A stretch of 24,000 nucleotides of DNA, from assembly GCA_000421085.1 (NCBI GenBank), contig ATWE01000004.1:175218-199217 (forward strand), read 5' to 3'. Numbering within the stretch: the first letter of the stretch is position 1; every line of letters starts with the position of its first letter. Position numbers and translations under genes: made by a program. A model generated the notes under the pieces. It saw only the letters and a list, made by a program, of their open reading frames with translations. It had not been told where the DNA came from and searched no databases. Source of the stretch: Ensifer sp. USDA 6670. GTDB taxonomy: Bacteria; Pseudomonadota; Alphaproteobacteria; Rhizobiales; Rhizobiaceae. Below, piece by piece: positions 1-8,135 of the stretch.

Positions 1-1030
1 GGAAGGCGCGCATCAATCCATGCGCCCCGGTCGTCGCCGCCCGGTCTCCCTCACGCGTCAACGCCTCGCGGACGGCGCCGATGATCAAGCCGCGGATCAG
101 TCCGGGATCGCGGAAGCGCACGTCCGATTTTGCCGGATGGACATTGACGTCGACAAGAGCCGGGTCAAGCGCGATCGACAGGACCGCGATCGGGTAGCGC
201 CCCTGCGGGATGGTCTCGGCATAGGCGGCGCGGATCGCGGACATGATCAGCTTGTCCTGGACCGGCCGGCCGTTGACGAAGGCATATTGCTGAAGCGAAT
301 TGCCGCGGTTGAAGGTCGGGACACCGGCAAAGCCCGTCAGCCGCGCACCCTCGCGCCCGGCGTCGATCTCGATGGCATTGTCGCGGAAGTCACGGCCGAG
401 CACCTGGGCCATCCGCGCGAGCCGGTCGTCGCCTGTTGCAGGGAATTCGAGGGTCGTGCGATCGGAGCCGGAAAGCACGAAGCGCACTCTCGGAAAGGCG
501 ATCGCCATACGCCGGACGACTTCCGAGATCGCCGCCGCCTCGGCCTTTTCCGACTTCATGAATTTCAGCCGCGCCGGGGTCGCGAAGAAGAGGTCGCGCA
601 CCTCGACCACGGTGCCTACGACAGCCGCCGACGGGCGGGCGGGCTCACTCCTGCCGCCGGCGACCGTGATCGCCGCGCCTTCCCGGGCCTCCGCCGTCCG
701 CGTGGTGATCGACAGGCGCGCCACCGATCCGATCGAGGGCAGGGCTTCGCCGCGGAAACCGAGCGTCCGGATATCGGCGAGGCTGTCATCGAGCTTGGAG
801 GTGCAGTGGCGGCGGATCGCCAGTTCGAGATCGGCCGGCGACATGCCGATGCCGTTGTCGGTGACCCTGAGGAGCGCCTTGCCGCCACCCGCGGTCGCGA
901 TCTCGATCCTCGTCGCGCCCGCATCGAGCGCGTTCTCGATCAATTCCTTCGCGGCGCTCGCCGGCCGTTCGATGACTTCGCCGGCGGCGATCTGGTTGAT
1001 GAGCGTTTCGGAAAGTTGCTTGATGGCCAT
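1..1030 (-). CDS. mutL: DNA mismatch repair protein MutL, N-terminal ~343 codons (3' end runs off the left edge)
   Basis: Not in the ORF track because it has no stop inside the window. Reverse complement from the ATG (cat at 1028-1030) reads [80 protein letters not shown]...[13 protein letters not shown], the GHKL-ATPase motifs typical of MutL. The frame stays open to base 2 (...[20 protein letters not shown]). Confidence 0.9.
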   Translation of the reverse strand, partial: MAIKQLSETLINQIAAGEVIERPASAAKELIENALDAGATRIEIATAGGGKALLRVTDNGIGMSPADLELAIRRHCTSKLDDSLADIRTLGFRGEALPSIGSVARLSITTRTAEAREGAAITVAGGRSEPARPSAAVVGTVVEVRDLFFATPARLKFMKSEKAEAAAISEVVRRMAIAFPRVRFVLSGSDRTTLEFPATGDDRLARMAQVLGRDFRDNAIEIDAGREGARLTGFAGVPTFNRGNSLQQYAFVNGRPVQDKLIMSAIRAAYAETIPQGRYPIAVLSIALDPALVDVNVHPAKSDVRFRDPGLIRGLIIGAVREALTREGDRAATTGAHGLMRAF

Positions 1031-1399
1031 GCCCTATTTTCCAGGATTCGGACAGCGAGGGAAAGCCCCGCGCTCACTCTTCTCCAAAGCTGTCGGCCGG
1101 CACCCTGCAAAAAGCGGGATCGCGACTTAATCGGGCTTTAACGTTCTGCTGCAATTTTCCACAGCAACCTGAATGATCGTCGGGTTTTGCCTCTGGAGCA
1201 CCGCGGCGTTGCTGGACGCCGCCCGCATCCCTTCAAAGGGTGCCTCAAAGGCGGCCAGCATGTCCCGAAAATGAAACCGCTGCTGATCGGTTCGCCGGAC
1301 CGTAACCGGGCCGGGAAGGCCGTTCAGCAGTCAGAGTGCTACAGCACCCGTTATGCGTCCAAGGACGGCTGGCGCTGTAGCGGGAACGAGGGCAGCGCG

Positions 1400-3136
1400 A
1401 TGAATGATGTGGCGTCGGGCGGCGCAGACATCAGCAGGATCATTCTGGAGGCAAGCGGCGAAACGCTTGGCGCCGCCTTGCTCGTTTTCGGCCGCGACGA
1501 CACCATCACCTTCGCGAGCGCCTCGATATTGCAATTCTTCCCCGTGCCCGCCGGCATGCTGGTTCCCGGGACGCGGCTGCGTGACTTTTTGGGGGCCGTA
1601 TACGATACCGGCGTGCGCCCCGGAACCTTGCCGGAGTCCAGCCGGCACAGGCCCAACCGCGAAGACTGGATCGCCGAGCAGATGGCGCTCCACTGGCGGG
1701 AGCGCTACGAGAATGTGGAGCGGGCCGGGCGGACGCGCTGGCTCTCTCTGCGTCAGCGGCGGCTGTCGAGCGGTGTCGGCATTCTCGCCGTCAGCGATGT
1801 CTCCGAACAGAAGAAGCGCGACGAGCACGCCCGGACCGATCTCCAGCGGATCGCCCTGACGGAAGAGATCCTCAACGCTCAACCCAATCCCATCTGCGTC
1901 AAGGACCGCAACCTCCACTACATCGCCGTAAACAAGGCCTTCTGCGCCATCCACGATCTCGCGCCGGACGCCATGCTCGGACGTTCCGCCTCGGACCTCG
2001 TAGAAAAGGAGCTTGCGGAGCACTTCGAACGGTCGGACCGCCACGTCCTGGAGACAGGCATGCCGCATTCGGAGGCGGAGCATATCGTTCGCGCCGACGG
2101 CAGCGACCTTTGGCTCGTGACGCGCAAATATCGTATCGGCCTGCCCGGCCGCCATTTCGTCGTCACCTGCATGAACGACGTCACCGATATCGCCGTCTGG
2201 TATGACGGCTCGGAAAGGGGCGGCGACACCGGCCTGCAGATCCGCGACTACAGCATCTTCACGCCCGCGCAGAATTTCTACGATCCCTTCCGGTCGCTCG
2301 ACTTGCAGCAGCTCGCCAGTGCCGGATCGAAGATCGACATGTTGCCGGCGCGGGGGTTGCGCGTGCTTCTGGCGACCGCCGACCGGGAAATGGAGGAGCG
2401 CTTCGTGGCGCGGCTGCGCGGCTCCGGGCTCGACGCCTGTGCGGTCCGCAACGGCGAGGAACTCGACGCCTTCGCGATGGCCGCGAAGGCCTGCGGATTG
2501 GAGATCGACCTTCTTCTGCTCGACACCGCTTTTCCGGAGAAGCATCGCGTCCTCGCCTCCTGGCGCGCCTGCACATGGGTCGAGGTATCGAGCGATACGG
2601 ATGCGACGATCCTGCTTGCGGAGATCTTCGGCGTCTGCGCCCGCGGCGCGCGTTTTCCGCTGCTGCAGTCCGAATGGGGGATCGCGCTCGACCGCGACCT
2701 CGCGCCCGCTACGCATCCGCCGGCGGTGGAAGTCCTCGTCGCGGAGGACAACCAGGTCAACCAGTTCGTCTTCGCGCAGATTCTGGAGGGGCTCGGGATT
2801 TCCCATCGGATCGCCGCGGATGGAAGAGAAGCGGTGGACCTCTGGCACGAACTCCAGCCTGCCCTGGTTCTGATGGACATCTCCATGCCGGTAATGAACG
2901 GCTTTGAAGCCGCTATTGCCATTCGGCAGGCCGAGAAGCGCACGGGCCGTCGCACGCCAATCGTGGCCGTGACCGCCCAGGCGCTCGACATCGACCTCGA
3001 GCGCTGCCGGACATCGGGAATGGACGACCACATCATGAAGCCGGTCAGCCCGGATATGATCGAGATGCTGCTGCGCAAATACCTGCCGGCGGGTGAAACG
3101 CGCGCTCCGGGTTCCGGTCGGAGCGGATCGCAATGA
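1400..3136 (+). CDS. PAS-PAS / receiver-like / receiver (REC) signalling protein with no histidine-kinase core and no output domain
   Basis: This is the 1187..3136 ORF. I prefer the ATG at 1400 (MNDVASGG...), which is preceded by gaggg; the TTG at 1187 and ATG at 1271 lack an SD. The C-terminus VEVLVAEDNQVNQ...LVLMDISMPVMNGFEAAIAIRQ...PIVAVTAQAL...GMDDHIMKP is a canonical CheY-like REC of the hybrid-kinase type. Upstream is a degenerate REC-like segment (RVLLATADRE...IDLLLLDTAFP). The N-terminal half has PAS-like segments (NPICVKDRNLHYIAVNKAFCAIHDL...). I saw no H-box or HATPase G-boxes. Confidence 0.75.
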   Translation: MNDVASGGADISRIILEASGETLGAALLVFGRDDTITFASASILQFFPVPAGMLVPGTRLRDFLGAVYDTGVRPGTLPESSRHRPNREDWIAEQMALHWRERYENVERAGRTRWLSLRQRRLSSGVGILAVSDVSEQKKRDEHARTDLQRIALTEEILNAQPNPICVKDRNLHYIAVNKAFCAIHDLAPDAMLGRSASDLVEKELAEHFERSDRHVLETGMPHSEAEHIVRADGSDLWLVTRKYRIGLPGRHFVVTCMNDVTDIAVWYDGSERGGDTGLQIRDYSIFTPAQNFYDPFRSLDLQQLASAGSKIDMLPARGLRVLLATADREMEERFVARLRGSGLDACAVRNGEELDAFAMAAKACGLEIDLLLLDTAFPEKHRVLASWRACTWVEVSSDTDATILLAEIFGVCARGARFPLLQSEWGIALDRDLAPATHPPAVEVLVAEDNQVNQFVFAQILEGLGISHRIAADGREAVDLWHELQPALVLMDISMPVMNGFEAAIAIRQAEKRTGRRTPIVAVTAQALDIDLERCRTSGMDDHIMKPVSPDMIEMLLRKYLPAGETRAPGSGRSGSQ

Positions 3137-4482
3137 CATTGCAGGAGCTCGGTATCGATCGGCCGAAGCGGGACAGTACGCATGGCGCCTCGCTCGTCGA
3201 TCCTTTGACCGAGCTCGGCAATGCCCGCCACCTCAAGCAAACGGTTTGCGCCCTCGCGGCCGAACGGGCAAGCGACCCTGCACCCTTTACCATCGCCCTT
3301 GCAAACCTGGATGGCTTCAAGCCGATCAACGATCTCTTCGGCCCTGAGGCCGGCGACCAGATCCTGCGTCAGGTGGCGCACCGGCTGAAGGCCTGCGTTC
3401 CCGAGGGCGCGACGGTGACGCGTACCGCGGATGACGAATTCGCCATCGTCCTGCCGCTGGTCTTCGAACGCAGGAGTGCGGAGAAGCGCGGCCAGATGCT
3501 CAAGGAAGTGCTCTCTTCGCCCTTCGCACTCGGCGACCGGAACGTTCGGCTCTCGGCCTCGTTCGGCTTTGCTGTCTATCCCTTTGCCGGAGACACGTTC
3601 GACGACCTTTTGAAGAGCGCCGATACCGCGCTCTACCGCTCCAAACGGCGCGGCCGCGGGCAGATCACCGTCTATTCGCAAGAGATCGCACAGGAGATGA
3701 AGCACGCGACGCAGCTTGAGCAGGCGCTGCGCAACGCGATCATCGCCGGTGGGATCGATGTCCACTTTCAACCGATCGTCGACCTGCGCAGCGACCGTCC
3801 GGTGGGCTTCGAGGGGCTGGCGCGGTGGTGCGACGCCGACCTCGGCTATGTCTCGCCAGCGGTGTTCGTGCCTTTCGCGGAAGAGCGCGGATTCATCGAC
3901 GCGCTTTCCGAGATGCTGCTGCGCAAGGCGGCGCGGGCTGCCCTGTCCTGGCCGGAGGACCTCTTTCTGTCCTTCAACCTGTCCTCGGTCCAGCTGATGG
4001 ATCCGGCGACGAGCGCCCGGCTTCTCGCAATCATAGCTCAGGTAGGCCTCGACCCCCGGCGCCTCGAACTCGAAATCACAGAGACCGCCGCGATGGCCGA
4101 TGCCGGCACTGCCCAGCGGATCGTCACCGAATTGAGAGCGGCCGGCGTGCGCGTGTCGCTGGACGATTTCGGAACGGGTCAGTCGAGCCTCGGGCGGCTC
4201 AGGGATTTTTCCCTCGACAAGGTGAAGATAGACCGGACCTTCGTTTCGGGGATTTCCACCGACCGGGCTTCAGAACATATCGTCAAGGCGATCGTTTCGA
4301 TGTGCGAGGGACTGGAACTCGCCGTGGTCGCCGAAGGCATCGAGCATTCGTCCGAGGCGCTGAAGCTCAAAGCGCTCGGCTGCGGCCTGGGACAGGGCTA
4401 TTTCTACGGCAAGCCCGTCGATGCCGATGCGACCCTGCGTTACCTTTCGGAGCACTATCGGGATATGGCGGCGGCGCGCTGA
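3133..4482 (+). CDS. GGDEF-EAL protein: degenerate GGDEF (ADDEF) plus an apparently intact EAL phosphodiesterase domain (EGL variant)
   Basis: The ATG at 3133 overlaps the upstream TGA (ATGA at 3133-3136). GGDEF-domain landmarks are DPLTELGNAR, LDGFKPINDLFGPEAGD and RTADDEF; the signature is ADDEF instead of GG(D/E)EF, and there is no RxxD I-site. EAL-domain landmarks are QPIVDL...FEGLARW, SFNLS, ELEITE, DDFGTG, KIDRTF, AEGIE and QGYFYGKP. Confidence 0.9.
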   Translation: MTLQELGIDRPKRDSTHGASLVDPLTELGNARHLKQTVCALAAERASDPAPFTIALANLDGFKPINDLFGPEAGDQILRQVAHRLKACVPEGATVTRTADDEFAIVLPLVFERRSAEKRGQMLKEVLSSPFALGDRNVRLSASFGFAVYPFAGDTFDDLLKSADTALYRSKRRGRGQITVYSQEIAQEMKHATQLEQALRNAIIAGGIDVHFQPIVDLRSDRPVGFEGLARWCDADLGYVSPAVFVPFAEERGFIDALSEMLLRKAARAALSWPEDLFLSFNLSSVQLMDPATSARLLAIIAQVGLDPRRLELEITETAAMADAGTAQRIVTELRAAGVRVSLDDFGTGQSSLGRLRDFSLDKVKIDRTFVSGISTDRASEHIVKAIVSMCEGLELAVVAEGIEHSSEALKLKALGCGLGQGYFYGKPVDADATLRYLSEHYRDMAAAR

Positions 4483-5429
4483 AGCGCCTCATGTCCGCTC
4501 GCGGTTTCGGTTTCCGAACGGTCGCGGAGGCCCTCCTCCAAAAGCCAGTCGCGAATGCGGCGCGCCTGAGTGTTGAGTTCGCGTGACCGCGGCCAGACGA
4601 CGTAGAAGGCCTGGCCCGTCCGCAGCACATGCCCACCGACCGGCATCAGCGCGCCGGAGCGCACCTGTCGGGCGGTCAGATGCTCCCAGCCGAGCGCAAT
4701 ACCCTCTCCGGCCAGCACGGCCTGGATCACGAGCACGTAATCATTGATCGCGAGCCGCTTGCCTTGCGCCGAATAGGTAAGCCCGGCGCTCGCGAACCAT
4801 TCGGTCCAATCGCAGGCGCGCCTTACCGGCTCTTCGAGGTGGATGAGATTGTGGCTGATGAGGTCCGCGGGCGTTGCCGGCAGCCCATGCGTCTCGATAT
4901 AGGCCGGTGTCGCCACGGCCTGGATGACTTCATCGGCCAGCACCGCCGTGTGGTAGCGCGGCCAATGGCTCGGGTCCCCGCCGCGAATTCCGAGCGGGAT
5001 CGGCTCATCATCCAGATCGAGGTCGCGCACGCTGGTCTGGATGCGAAGGTCTATCTCCGGCAGGTCTTCGCGCAGGCGGGCGAGCCGCGGCAGCATCCAC
5101 ATGGAGGTGAAAGCCGTCGACGCCGCCAGCGTCACGTTGGTCTCACGCCCCTTGGCGCGGATGTCTTCGGCCGACTTCTGGATCCGCGCGAGGCCGACGG
5201 AGACATCCGCGTGAAATTTTTCTCCGGCTTCCGTCAGTTCGACCGCCCGGTGCACCCGGTGGAACAGGGGCACGCCCAGCTGGTTCTCGAGTCCTCGAAT
5301 GGCGTAGGACACCGCCGCCTGAGTCATTCCGAGCTCACTGGCAGCGCGGGTGAAGTTCTGATGCCGGCCGGCCGCCTCGAAGACGATGAGGCTCGCGGCC
5401 GACGGAAGGAGACGGCGCAGGTTTTCCAT
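4455..5429 (-). CDS. LysR-family transcriptional regulator
   Basis: This is the 4455..5438 ORF. The N-terminal wHTH is MENLRRLLPSAASLIVFEAAGRHQNFTRAASELGMTQAAVSYAIRGLENQLGVPLFHR, followed by a LysR substrate-binding fold. I prefer the ATG at 5429 over the GTG at 5438. It is divergent from the MttB-family gene. Its 3' end overlaps the convergent EAL gene by 28 nt. Confidence 0.85.
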   Translation of the reverse strand: MENLRRLLPSAASLIVFEAAGRHQNFTRAASELGMTQAAVSYAIRGLENQLGVPLFHRVHRAVELTEAGEKFHADVSVGLARIQKSAEDIRAKGRETNVTLAASTAFTSMWMLPRLARLREDLPEIDLRIQTSVRDLDLDDEPIPLGIRGGDPSHWPRYHTAVLADEVIQAVATPAYIETHGLPATPADLISHNLIHLEEPVRRACDWTEWFASAGLTYSAQGKRLAINDYVLVIQAVLAGEGIALGWEHLTARQVRSGALMPVGGHVLRTGQAFYVVWPRSRELNTQARRIRDWLLEEGLRDRSETETASGHEALQRAAAISR

Positions 5430-5442
5430 AAGTACCACTTAT
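5428..5442. promoter_or_regulatory. Perfect dyad ATAAGT-acc-ACTTAT (T-N11-A type), candidate LysR box
   Basis: Read directly: ATAAGTACCACTTAT at 5428-5442 in the 90-bp LysR/MttB divergent region. It fits the LysR T-N11-A architecture. It overlaps the proposed LysR start codon, which would suit autorepression. Confidence 0.35.
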
Positions 5443-5519
5443 ATCAAGCGTCGAATTTTTCCTGCGTTACAACAGCCTCTCTCGTCAATACCATCATTAC
5501 AAATAATGGGAGATTGATC

Positions 5520-7058
5520 ATGGAAATGGCGGAAGCAACGGCGCCGAAACGGACCCGGAGCGGGCGACCGCAGCGGCGCGAGGGCAGCAAGACTCTCGGC
5601 GTCCCCTATATCGTCCGCAATATACCGACCTATGACATCCTCGGCGAGGAGAACCTGGAGCGGATCGAGCAGGTGGCCGACCGCATTCTCGCGGAAGTCG
5701 GCATCGAGTTTCGCGACGACCCGGTGGCGCTCGACCACTGGCGGCGCGCCGGGGCAAAAATCGAAGGCCTTCGCGTCACCTTCGAGCCGGGCATGCTGAA
5801 GGAGATCGTCCGCTCGGCGCCGGCGCAATTCACGCAGCACGCCCGCAACCCGGCCCGCAGCGTCGAGATCGGCGGCCGCAACGTGGTGTTCTCTCCGGCA
5901 TACGGTTCTCCCTTCGTCATGGATCTGGACAAGGGCAGGCGCTACGGCACCCTCGAGGACTTCCGAAATCTCGTGAAGCTCGCCCAGTCGAGCCCCTGGC
6001 TGCACCACTCCGGCGGCACCATCTGCGAACCGTGCGACGTGCCGGTTAACAAACGCCATCTCGACATGGTCTACAGCCACATCAAATACTCCGATCGCGC
6101 CTTCATGGGATCGATCACCTCGGAGGAACGCGCCGAGGATTCGATCGAAATGGCCCGCATTCTTTTCGGTGCCGATTTCGTCGACGGCAACTGTGTCATT
6201 CTCGGCAATGTCAACGTCAACTCGCCGCTCGTATGGGACGGCACGATGACGAAATCGCTGCGTGCCTACGCCCGTGCCAACCAGGCCGCGGTGATCGTGC
6301 CGTTCATTCTCGGCGGCGCGATGGGGCCGGTCACCAATGCCGGGGCGATCGCGCAAGCCTATGCCGAAACGCTTGCCGGCTGCGCGCTGACGCAGCTCGA
6401 ACGCAAGGGCGCGCCGGTCATCTTCGGCAACTTTCTTTCTTCAATGTCGCTCCGCTCGGGCTCGCCGACCTTCGGCACGCCGGAGCCGGCGATCGGCAGC
6501 ATGGTCATCGGCCAGCTCGCGCGCCGGCTCGGCCTGCCGTTGCGCTGCGCCGGAAACTTCTCCAACTCGAAGCGGCCGGATGCCCAGGCGATGCAGGAAG
6601 GCGTCATGTCGATGCTTTCAGCCGTCCATTGCGGCGCCAATTTCGTCCTGCACTCGGCAGGCTTTGCCGACGGCTTGCTGGCGATGTCCTACGAGAAATT
6701 CATGATGGACATGGATTTCTGCGGGGCGCTGCATTCCTATCTTGCCGGCGTCGTTGTCGATGACAATACGCTCGCCATGGACGCCTTCCTCGAGGTGGGA
6801 CCGGGCAGCCACTTCCTTGGCTGCGGCCACACAATGCGCAACTATCAGACTGCCTTCTGGGACAGCGCCCTTTCCGACAACGAACCCTTCGAGAAATGGG
6901 TGGAACAGGGCGAAACCGACATGGCGCTGCGCGCGAACAGGAGCTGGAAGAAGACGCTTGCCGAATACGAGGCGCCGGCATTGGACGCGGCAATCGACGA
7001 AGCGCTGAACGACTATGTCGCGACGCGCAAAAACGGCATGGCCGACGCGTGGTATTAG
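5520..7058 (+). CDS. Trimethylamine methyltransferase (MttB) superfamily protein, non-pyrrolysine type (quaternary-amine methyltransferase-like)
   Basis: This is the 3' part of the 4629..7058 ORF. The real start is the ATG at 5520 (MEMAEATAPKRTRSGRPQRR...), preceded by gggaga. The upstream part of that ORF is antisense to the LysR gene. At 512 aa the length and sequence character (IPTYDILGEENLERIEQ..., PFILGGAMGPVT, FGTPEPA, HSAGF..GLLAMSYEKFMMD) match COG5598/MttB-family proteins. There is no in-frame TAG. Confidence 0.8.
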   Translation: MEMAEATAPKRTRSGRPQRREGSKTLGVPYIVRNIPTYDILGEENLERIEQVADRILAEVGIEFRDDPVALDHWRRAGAKIEGLRVTFEPGMLKEIVRSAPAQFTQHARNPARSVEIGGRNVVFSPAYGSPFVMDLDKGRRYGTLEDFRNLVKLAQSSPWLHHSGGTICEPCDVPVNKRHLDMVYSHIKYSDRAFMGSITSEERAEDSIEMARILFGADFVDGNCVILGNVNVNSPLVWDGTMTKSLRAYARANQAAVIVPFILGGAMGPVTNAGAIAQAYAETLAGCALTQLERKGAPVIFGNFLSSMSLRSGSPTFGTPEPAIGSMVIGQLARRLGLPLRCAGNFSNSKRPDAQAMQEGVMSMLSAVHCGANFVLHSAGFADGLLAMSYEKFMMDMDFCGALHSYLAGVVVDDNTLAMDAFLEVGPGSHFLGCGHTMRNYQTAFWDSALSDNEPFEKWVEQGETDMALRANRSWKKTLAEYEAPALDAAIDEALNDYVATRKNGMADAWY

Positions 7059-7094
7059 AGCATCTCCAACCCGTTGCCGCCTGACGACGAAGAA

Positions 7095-7115
7095 AGCGGC
7101 GCCATGGGCGCCGCT
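7095..7115. terminator. Bidirectional hairpin terminator between convergent genes
   Basis: AGCGGCGCC-atg-GGCGCCGCT is a perfect 9-bp GC-rich stem. It is flanked by gaagaaa upstream (= tttcttc on the minus strand) and cctgttgttcgtt downstream. It lies between the MttB-family stop (7058) and the PRC-barrel stop (7143). Confidence 0.6.
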
Positions 7116-7142
7116 CCTGTTGTTCGTTCTAGAGCCTACGGC

Positions 7143-7778
7143 TTACTGCTGCGGGGCAGGTTCCGCAGGCGCCGGTGCCGGGGTCGTACCCGTCGCCGAA
7201 GTCGTCGACGTATCGACCGGCTGGGCGGCGTTACGCTCGGCCATCAGCTGCGATTTCGTCTTGAACTCCGGTGCGGCCTTCAGTGAATCGGCCGTCTCGG
7301 TGGTCGTCAGCTTGATGTCATCCGAGTCGGGCTGGTCGGCGACCGCTATTTTGTCGAACGGAACCGCGACGTTCTTTTCCCCGATGCCGAGGAAGCCGCC
7401 AACTCCAACGACGGCTGCAGCGATACCGCCTTCCTTCTCGATGATCAGGTCGTTGATCTCGCCGATGCTTTCATCGCTGGCATTGTAGACGGACTGGCCG
7501 ATATAGGTGTTAGCGGAAATTTGGTTCTCTGCCTGCTCAGTGAGGTAGGCAGCGTCACCAGCCGCCATATCGGTCGTCTTGTCTGCCGTATCCGGCGTCT
7601 GCGCCTGCTCGTCGGCTGCCGGCGGTGTAGCCGGGGCCGGAGCCGCCGGTTCCATTGTCTGGGTTTCAGGTGCCGTAGCCGGCGGCGTCGTGGTTTGCTG
7701 TGCGAAGCTCATCGGGGCAACGGCAACGCCCACGAGAAGCGCGCCAGCGGCAACGGAAGATATAAGTCTCTCTTTCAT
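7143..7778 (-). CDS. Secreted PRC-barrel domain protein with Pro/Thr/Ala-rich flanks
   Basis: This is the 3' part of the 7143..8096 ORF. The ATG at 7778 gives MKERLISSVAAGALLVGVAVAPMSFA|QQ, a Sec signal peptide. The PRC-barrel core is YIGQSVYNASDESIGEINDLIIEKEGGIAAAVVGVGGFLGIGEKNVAVPFDKI. An SD-like aaagg lies upstream. Confidence 0.8.
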   Translation of the reverse strand: MKERLISSVAAGALLVGVAVAPMSFAQQTTTPPATAPETQTMEPAAPAPATPPAADEQAQTPDTADKTTDMAAGDAAYLTEQAENQISANTYIGQSVYNASDESIGEINDLIIEKEGGIAAAVVGVGGFLGIGEKNVAVPFDKIAVADQPDSDDIKLTTTETADSLKAAPEFKTKSQLMAERNAAQPVDTSTTSATGTTPAPAPAEPAPQQ

Positions 7779-7942
7779 GTCAGACTGCCTTTCGTTGACG
7801 TTGTCGACCAGTGCGGGGCAAATGTCGGTACGGGATTCCGCCCGCGCCCGCTCTGGCTCTCTGGTATCGATCACGGCGAAATCACCGTAATCAGGCGCAG
7901 CCTCAAGTTGGGCCAGGGATGCTGCGCCGATGACACTCAAGC

Positions 7943-7967
7943 AACGCCCGGCAACGCAAACTGTTCC
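7943..7967 (-). promoter_or_regulatory. EcfG/RpoE2-type general-stress promoter (GGAAC-N16-CGTT) facing the PRC-barrel gene
   Basis: The minus strand reads GGAAC (7967-7963), agtttgcgttgccggg (16 nt), then CGTT (7946-7943). This matches the alphaproteobacterial EcfG consensus GGAAC-N16/17-CGTT. It sits about 165 nt upstream of the ATG at 7778. Confidence 0.5.
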
Positions 7968-8105
7968 GGAAAAAATGAACGCCCGAAGTCGCTGGCGCAA
8001 GGCTTTCATGCTTGCCGCCCAAAAACAGCTGCGCCGCAGGTTCGGTGAACATGCGGCGCAGGAACGTCGTCGGGACACAACTATCGATAATGGCACAGTT
8101 CCGGC

Positions 8106-8127
8106 GGAAAGCCGTTAAATGCTTTCC
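8106..8127 (-). terminator. Hairpin just downstream of the dehydratase stop (weak terminator candidate)
   Basis: GGAAAGC-cgttaaat-GCTTTCC has a 7-bp stem and 8-nt loop, 9 nt beyond the stop at 8136. No clear U-tract follows on the minus strand. Confidence 0.3.
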
Positions 8128-8135
8128 TGAGGTTC

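Noticed and set aside
20-1141. Long plus-strand ORFs (20..1141 of 373 aa, 300..1130 of 276 aa) covering the left edge
   Set aside because: Their translations are Arg/Asp/Gly-rich with no recognisable family. The opposite strand encodes an unmistakable MutL N-terminus, so these are high-GC shadow ORFs.
1331-3771. Minus-strand ORFs 1331..3139 (602 aa) and 2278..3771 (497 aa), antisense to the PAS/REC and GGDEF-EAL genes
   Set aside because: They have no domain signatures and a low-complexity Arg/Ala/Pro composition. The plus-strand frames carry clear REC, GGDEF and EAL motifs.
4629-5519. N-terminal 297 codons of the 809-aa ORF 4629..7058
   Set aside because: This part is antisense to the LysR gene and has no MttB similarity. 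MttB homology starts at the ATG at 5520, which has a good SD, so the long ORF is an artefactual 5' extension.
8061-8103. Additional GGAAC motifs near 8061 (plus strand) and 8099-8103 (minus strand) as further EcfG promoters
   Set aside because: The downstream -10 positions read TATC and GTTG rather than CGTT at N16-17, and no gene is appropriately placed downstream.
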